Positions 59,701-64,000 of a stretch of 64,000 nt of DNA are shown here, piece by piece. A program made the position numbers and the translations under genes. The notes under the pieces were generated by a model, which was not told where the DNA came from, ran no database searches, and worked only from the letters and a program-made list of their open reading frames with translations. Within the stretch, counting starts at the first letter, position 1, and every line of letters begins with the position of its first letter. The stretch spans positions 124,001 to 188,000 of the IMG/VR virus record IMGVR_UViG_3300042566_001512; one strand, given 5' to 3'.

Positions 59701-60608
59701 ATTTGTAGATATTCGTCTGCGCTGGGCAATAGACCTCTAAAAGCAGTGCCGACAGTATCCGAGAATTTACCGAATAGTTTCTGACTGCTAAGTTCTTTTA
59801 GATTTATTTTTTGCCAATCAGGAAGACCCGTGTTTTTAATTAACTTATTGTAAGCGTCTACGTGCAGTACGTGGGTTTTATTTACGGTCTCTAGTATGTC
59901 GTACTGAGCGAACAGCTGACGGTGCTGTAACTCAAGAGATTTTTTCTGATATTGTAGATTAATAGTGGTTTGATATTGTGATATCCTGGATAAGGACATC
60001 GCGGATTGATTTAACAGACTAAAGATGTCACGGTGTCTGTTTAGCTCAATACCTTCTTTTATTAGATCTTGACCTTCGTTCTCTATCTTATTATTTTCGG
60101 ACTGTACTATTTGTTCTTTGAATACTTCTGCAAGCTGTATGGATATTGCCGAGTCTCTTTGATCTCTGGCAGACAGGGCGGAACCTAGTTTTTGTTCATC
60201 CTTGGCTTCGTCCTCCCAGCGCTTAAAGATATCCTTTAATCTGCCGGGTATAAATTTACTATCCTTTGGTGCAAGCTTGGAAGCTACTCTTTTAAAGTCC
60301 TTTATGGCCGGCCGTACTTCTGCCGCTGCTTCACTATAGAGCTGCCTTAAATTCGTGGCAACCTTATCCCCCATGTCTAGTGTGTCGCCGTACCCTTTTG
60401 GCAGCAATTCCCGCAATACACCAGTTATAAAAGAAGGATCGCTTACTTTGGCCTTTATCCCGCTTTTTAATCCGTCTTTAACTTTTGTGGCTGGTTTTCT
60501 ATCGTCCTTAAAAGGATCAGCCTGAAAATCTATGTCGTCAAAAACGAGTTCATTATCAAAATCAAAACCGTTATCTAATGTGTTTGCTACTTTCTTACCC
60601 TTAGACAT
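53769..60608 (-). CDS. Tape-measure-like tail protein with C-terminal lysozyme-fold domain (phiKZ gp181-like)
   Basis: ~2280 aa; YQKKSLELQ and IIPGYLSRIL segments, Gly/Ala TM region, IGQKES...TAVGKYQII...QDKLA...EWASLP muramidase; ATG 60608 preferred. Confidence 0.8.
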   Translation of the reverse strand: MSKGKKVANTLDNGFDFDNELVFDDIDFQADPFKDDRKPATKVKDGLKSGIKAKVSDPSFITGVLRELLPKGYGDTLDMGDKVATNLRQLYSEAAAEVRPAIKDFKRVASKLAPKDSKFIPGRLKDIFKRWEDEAKDEQKLGSALSARDQRDSAISIQLAEVFKEQIVQSENNKIENEGQDLIKEGIELNRHRDIFSLLNQSAMSLSRISQYQTTINLQYQKKSLELQHRQLFAQYDILETVNKTHVLHVDAYNKLIKNTGLPDWQKINLKELSSQKLFGKFSDTVGTAFRGLLPSADEYLQMTTRKIRDRTIETIKRNAQGFRSGLTDAEMAREQVAPGMLDTYQTGGEIAGDLLANTVGYSVAKRFKEPIKKVFPKVEQVGDYLENFNENIVGSAENFRKDDSWSNKEGIGAWIMRGLQSILPSLNVDSSFNRLTGKDLSAVQPFTLKTERSINEIIPGYLSRILQEIQIIRTGNPNIDRVEYDQDKGRFTGKTKLLKSIASRVYNDNDAKRTNDILDKIIDKIDSQSEDKLSEEERISIKQAFLKNKMQSSKLEKGLEGRPKELTSKYLSDLESKPSEMLLLNRQMNSLVRGMNDPRATIEQLISEGRQNELVQLGIITRKEEGYDLDMEDFYKGQIGKKRRMPNVRKQKTGISKPTVAPDKVSSRVGSFSSADYSSVGTSSFTRSDYSPLSKKDQDCEVYFKQIIQRLDTSIGYYKEITDLFKASKFEEKDKVNKENSNGPAGDILNKGKTQFTKAKLFFKKQKQKISEANVGKRVSGQYGKFKNYLGKVSTKLNDSKERNNQDGYSGKSYSEIKDKIQKLSFTLKDKWVDLRVSGEENPRIIKAKLQAGHYVDLASGKIVKTLSDINGTVKDIVSGQTVLKSDELDQSYVKDKDGQYKRFGDYAKGTFDGIAKNIKNTKAGSVAVDILKRAWTGVKDTVDMFKSVAFGGAKDVWVGGEKYPRMTAVKMQQGHYSDAISGKTIYLPEQIQGEVKDEKGRSVVSVEELDSLVVYDSRQKRFAPIRKLLKLAGKVIGGVSWYYNKIGIPLTKFNFRMLAKGAKFGINLAKLTMGTGPYSVKDVYAGDEPEPRLYATRLRNGEYFNRSTGRPIYHQNDINGEVVDAAGNVKIFDEDLPNLRVYNSMLGIFNPFKPAKWIMNKLTSAAAWTMKKGLKLTKLITRGLAGATAKVAGGFIRYLSKPQDVYVKGEPEPRLRAALMKAGRYISEKTGKIISLVSDIDGPVWDQKEETMVLSNEDIDEGLLGQNGKPLKTSTSAKIISGFKKLNKLFSRRVKLNVSEAIKPNSSIKNKKDKEATTGEQTVSLLGDIKNTFTDFFAEKKVKGDRDGDGDREGSWEDIKARRDAERAKQQSSKTAEPGKEKDKKGGLIGLLSGALDAITGFLGGFKTLLKGGGVLSGLGKLLGIGRVAGLAGSAVTAVAGAGGVGAAATGALGALGAGLAAVVSSPVTLGILGAAAVGYGAYKGYKAVRRWMSKPTVLDNIRYVQYGFKKEETSYFSKIVDLEEYLKQFVKVGSEKAELEEKKIDIEEMMSIFGFSSKDNDHKRQFGTWYIKRFKPVYLTHVSALSILNGSIDLSKINDLKKDVKLKYIEATKFPSGPYKTGTLPILGGKYVASDSADVSAAIEAALKEFATPAGDAKKTATGLPTDVKPPQEAANTAVRVDLGKPDEKAKPSGTAVTGASTVGSTILKNTVSAFDAIRYKTYGIKELELSKVIALNKLENETSKLIKIQGTKATFDDNFNELLQKVNVYFGISDLFGPAAVSWGKWFRDRFLPVYLNYVTAHITETGKPPKAEAPVIISPNKIVQVAKTISSINGVWSVTDSPWPGYQVNTDSSSVEGNLEYLAERAKEKTQHDYVAKTKPADSTPLKSDTASTSKEVAVDKSRASNNAPALNNNAQNNTLGTSIVSKDKDPKYDDGASQVMKSRKDSGLMTADIKREPVKTFDPATNTLLEFIGQKESNGNYNILVGGKTEPNLTKMSIAEVSDYQKDMIARGHESTAVGKYQIIRKTLSGLIKAGYAKATDIFNPVTQDKLAVGLLKMRGLDNYVKGKIDAGQFADNISKEWASLPYKTGRSYYAGVGSNKSSGAREDFVRVVSAVSSSPKINGDYVMPAAAQQPPRLPPEQLASSQIEGPKSSYNPKVRPIAQQEKAVQASKQASSSPLNDAVGVNPRVAGTSTENNNAAKNTLTADIMVNTESLLAQSLIVHKETLDIMKLIYDKINTVSAAKETANVPTSKSDGRKYEPPSAPVSMRKSA
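56860..58112 (-). repeat. Four ~60-aa repeats inside the tail protein
   Basis: Pattern DVxVxGExxPRLxAxxMxxGxYxxxxSGKxIxxxxDIxGxVxD occurs four times. Confidence 0.8.
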
Positions 60609-60713
60609 GATTTTTATCTTTCTGTGAAAAAACACCGCACGCGCGTATTACTTTGGACGTATTTCATTTCTCATTTACCTTATTTTATCTTTTCTTTAGG
60701 AGCATAAAGCACC

Positions 60714-63141
60714 ATGGATAAACTGGACGTGCCTTTTAACATATTTTTTCTTAGACTAGACGAGCTTACCGTTAAGTACCTCAAGCCCGTGACTTCCCTT
60801 GACGTCTTTGATGGCCTTACTAAAAACCTCCATCCGGATGGATTATATTCGCCATCCATATTCGGCGTGGTTGGAAGTAATAATAGATACACAAAATTCT
60901 CCTATATAGACATAAAGGTAAAAATAATGCACCCGGTGTATTATAAAGCAATTACCTCTATGAAATCATTATACGAATCCATAATGACCTCAAAAGAGTT
61001 TGCGGTCTGGGACCAGGAAAAAAAGGACTTTGTAAAGTCAAACGCGTTGGCAGGGCAAACCGGTTACGACTTCTTTATACAGCACTGTGATAGCATAGTG
61101 CACGAAGAAAGACCGTCTACCGATAGACAGGAAAACATATCACTTATAAATAAATATAAACAAAATTATTTATACGATAAAATCATCGTACTTCCGGCGG
61201 CATATAGGGACATTGAAATAGATGACAATGGAAGAGAATCCTCAGATGAGATAAATTCGCTTTATTACAAAATCATAGCGATATCAAACACAATAAACAT
61301 TAACACCGTAAGAATCTCACCTGAAGCTTACAACACCCAGAGAATGTCCCTGCAAAGAGCATTCAACGACACATACGAGTATCTCTCTAACCTAATTAGA
61401 GGAAAGAGTAATCTCTTTATGGGCAAGTGGGCGTCTCGAAAAATATTTAACGGGACTAGAAACGTAATTACCTCAATGAACGTTACTCAAACTGAGCTAG
61501 GAGCACCCAATTCAATAAACTACAACGACACGCTTGTTGGGCTGTACCAAACTTTAAAAGGCATTTTGCCAGTAACGTTATACAGATTAAAAACTGGGTT
61601 TTTATCTGGAGTATTTCCATCAATAAGCTCACCTGCTCTATTGACTAATAAGACAACGTTAAAATCAGAAAAAGTTGTTTTAAAGACTGCCATATATGAC
61701 AAGTGGATGACCAATGAAGGATTGGAGTCACTTATTAGCTCTTATAAAGAACCATCAATCAGACACGACTATGTCACAGTGGACAACTATTATCTAGGTT
61801 TAATTTATAGGGGGCCGGATAATACTTTTAAATTGATACACGGAATAGACGAACTTCCTGAGGACAGAGATCCAAAAGACTGCAGGCCTATCAGCTTGAC
61901 GGAGTTATTTTATTGTTCAATCTACGAAATTACGGACAATTACCCAGCACTAGTAACGCGGTATCCAGTAACCGGAGTCGGTAGCATATACCCGTCTATG
62001 GCTAAATTAAAATCAACGATAGAAGTGGAAAAGAGATATAAGCTAGGGGTAGACTGGACTGTAGATCCACAATCTAAAGTGGCCTACGAATTCCCAACTC
62101 AAACTGATTTATTCAGTGCTCTGTCTCCCCATCCTTTTAAACTAGGTAGACTTTCAGCTGATGGTTTTAAATGTAAGACTATATAAAACGGTTTTACATT
62201 TTAATCACGTCCTGTTTTGCAGAAATGCGAAATAAGATTCTTCCTTAATTGCTGGGACATCTTGACACGTTAAAAGCTACAACGTAATGCGAAAGCATAG
62301 GCGCGAATGCTTGAAAATTTTAACGTAAGACAATCAGCAGCGAAGCTCCTGCTCCCCGCCTAAACGGGAAAGGAGAACGTTCAACGGCCAGCCCTTAAGC
62401 AAGGGGTAGGAGCAAGTGCTCCGAAATGGGAAGCGCCTTACCAGCAATTGCTAGGAAGGTGAAGATATGGTCTTACCTGCATGGAGACATGCAGCGGCTT
62501 CTAATGGAAAGCCGGTAAGCGAGGTAACGTGCGCTTATTGAAAACACGTGTTCGACGGCGATTAAAAGTTATATTAACCCTCAATACCCTCGGGTTAAAA
62601 CGAGTTAATTTATAACACAAAAAGGTTGCCTATTCGCAGTAATGTGAATATAAAAAAATCTCTCTAATTGCTGGGACTCCTCGTTAAACCACTAAGACTA
62701 CAACGCAGCGCGAAAGCGCAGACGTGAGAGTTTGAAAACATTAGTGGGTAGAGACAATCAGCAGCTAAGACCCTTACTGCATATAAATTGCAAATGGGTA
62801 AAGTTCAACGACTAGATCGAAAGATCGTACCGTGTCAAGTGACGCGGGAAACGGGAGACTCCGGTTTTTACCGGATGAAGATATAGTCTTGTCTATGCGG
62901 AGACGCGTAGCTGTGGGATAGCATTTACTTCCCTTTAAAACGAAACAGGTTAACGCCCCTGTTTGAAAACCTAACGACAAGTAGTTGTAACTTCCTCTAC
63001 TCCGAAGATTCTATTAAAGAAATTTATGATTTTTTTAATAACACTCGGTGCTACGTAGGAACTGATGGAAAATTTATTAATAGTTTAGAAATAGATACGG
63101 TTAAATACGTTTTACATAACCTCACAGGAGAACCACAATAA
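60714..63141 (+). CDS. rpoC: Virion RNA polymerase beta'-like subunit (phiKZ gp180-like), spliced: join(60714..62162,62551..62562,62977..63141), 541 aa
   Basis: HPDGLYSPSIFG, VLPAAYRD, SRKIFNGTRNVIT and TRYPV motifs; joined exons restore GRLSAD-FDGD-TSSCNFLYSEDSIKEI. Confidence 0.9.
62163..62550 (+). ncRNA. Group I self-splicing intron 1 (388 nt, no ORF)
   Basis: 5' exon ends in U and intron ends in G; P AATTGCTGGGA 62247, Q AATCAGCAG 62332, R GTTCAACGGCCA 62379, S AAGATATGGTCT 62462. Confidence 0.9.
62551..62562 (+). other. 12-nt micro-exon encoding FDGD of the RNAP catalytic motif
   Basis: TTC GAC GGC GAT between the terminal G of intron 1 and the start of intron 2. Confidence 0.88.
62563..62976 (+). 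ncRNA. Group I self-splicing intron 2 (414 nt, no ORF)
   Basis: P AATTGCTGGGA 62666, Q AATCAGCAG 62756, R GTTCAACGACTA 62803, S AAGATATAGTCT 62878; guide GTTGCC (62625-62630) pairs with exon GGCGAU including the U-G pair; terminal G at 62976. Confidence 0.9.
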
Positions 63142-64000
63142 TGAATAATCAACAAGTTTTTTATAAAACATACGGAGTTAGAAACGTAAATGAACTCGCT
63201 TCTCCTAGACTTTTTGATCTAGTAGAATTTGTGTTTCCTTTTAACAGCATAATGCACTATGCGACTTATGACTCCATTGAGAACGGCCCGCCTGGTGACT
63301 ATCCGCTGTTTAACCAAATAAAGAAACCGATATACTTTAAGACAATAAACGAAATATCTGCTTTTAATGGCAGCCCAAGGCTGCAGGCCATAAACACGCA
63401 GGAACTAGTTAGGGATTACAGAAATAACAATAGGCGAATGAAGTTACTGCAGGGAGAGGTTCAAAACGTATCGGACCCTACTGTATTAACCGTATTTAAT
63501 TACTGCATATTAAATAAACAATACAAATATGCCCGCAACTTATTTACGGACTATCATCGCTGGAAGAATATATTTACAACAGTTATAGACACTTTAGTAA
63601 ATAGACTTTCTAGCCCACAAATAAACCACTATATACCGCTGACTATACCGGATATAATACCTAGCATGATTCAGTTAGATTTGGCCTCCAAAGGGCTTAA
63701 TCAGTCGAACCTAAAAGTATTCAAAGACAATAATAGTTTTATGCTTTTAGAGTTATGGAAGTGGCTCAATCCTGCGACTAGTTCTGATAGTCTTTTTAGC
63801 AAAATACCTATTAACAGAATTCATCTAGTTAATCTGGTTTATATTAAAAGAAACAAGTGGTGCGTTTTAAATTTAGGCGTAATAAATAGCTTTAAGGAAG
63901 TCAGTGGGGACGCCCTTAAACCAGAAAACACACCAATTGTGCTATCTAGGGTGAAGCTCAAATACGTTCAGATACAAAAACGTATACTGAACATGATGAT
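63141..64000 (+). CDS. rpoB: Virion RNA polymerase beta-like large subunit (phiKZ gp178-like), 3'-truncated by the window
   Basis: ATG overlaps the exon-3 stop (TAATG); MNNQQVFYKTYGVRNVNELASPRL...FPFNSIMHY appears open to the window end; gp180-gp178 synteny as recalled. Confidence 0.72.
   Translation, partial: MNNQQVFYKTYGVRNVNELASPRLFDLVEFVFPFNSIMHYATYDSIENGPPGDYPLFNQIKKPIYFKTINEISAFNGSPRLQAINTQELVRDYRNNNRRMKLLQGEVQNVSDPTVLTVFNYCILNKQYKYARNLFTDYHRWKNIFTTVIDTLVNRLSSPQINHYIPLTIPDIIPSMIQLDLASKGLNQSNLKVFKDNNSFMLLELWKWLNPATSSDSLFSKIPINRIHLVNLVYIKRNKWCVLNLGVINSFKEVSGDALKPENTPIVLSRVKLKYVQIQKRILNMM

Noticed and set aside
53830-59784. Many plus-strand ORFs of 60-155 aa within the large tail gene
   Set aside because: Antisense shadows with no recognisable motifs.
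62163-62186. ORF-track C-terminus GFKCKTI* as the true end of the beta' subunit
   Set aside because: This is read-through into intron 1; the conserved motif continues as FDGD at 62551.
62774-62980. 68-aa minus-strand ORF as an intron-encoded homing endonuclease
   Set aside because: Antisense to the ribozyme core, too short, and no HNH, GIY-YIG or LAGLIDADG motif.
1-64000. CRISPR array, tRNA or rRNA genes, stop-codon reassignment
   Set aside because: No regularly spaced direct repeats or cloverleafs noticed by eye (tRNAscan not run); genes are full length in the standard code with all three stops used.

Overview
64 kb of a phiKZ-like (Chimalliviridae-type, nucleus-forming) jumbo phage genome, AT-rich and in the standard genetic code. 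The assignment rests on recognised motifs and remembered gene order, not a database search. In order: portal and two conserved virion genes; RuvC; a spanin/holin-like cassette with a CYTH protein; a ~17 kb modular baseplate/tail-fibre region; PAAR and central spike; SbcC; RNase H; UvsX; a small virion RNAP beta piece; endolysin; accessory genes; baseplate protein; a 2.3 kaa tail protein with a C-terminal lysozyme domain; and the virion RNAP beta'/beta genes. Top finding: the catalytic ADFDGD motif of the beta'-like gene is cut by two tandem ORF-less group I introns (62163-62550, 62563-62976) flanking a 12-nt micro-exon that encodes FDGD. Other signals: three fibres sharing an N-terminal docking peptide; a duplicated adhesin whose gene boundary lies inside the repeat unit; a 46-bp promoter-plus-hairpin element in three copies, each heading a small or decayed cassette; about 17 long hairpins with a shared CATA...TATG base; and attC-like sites around small genes after uvsX.
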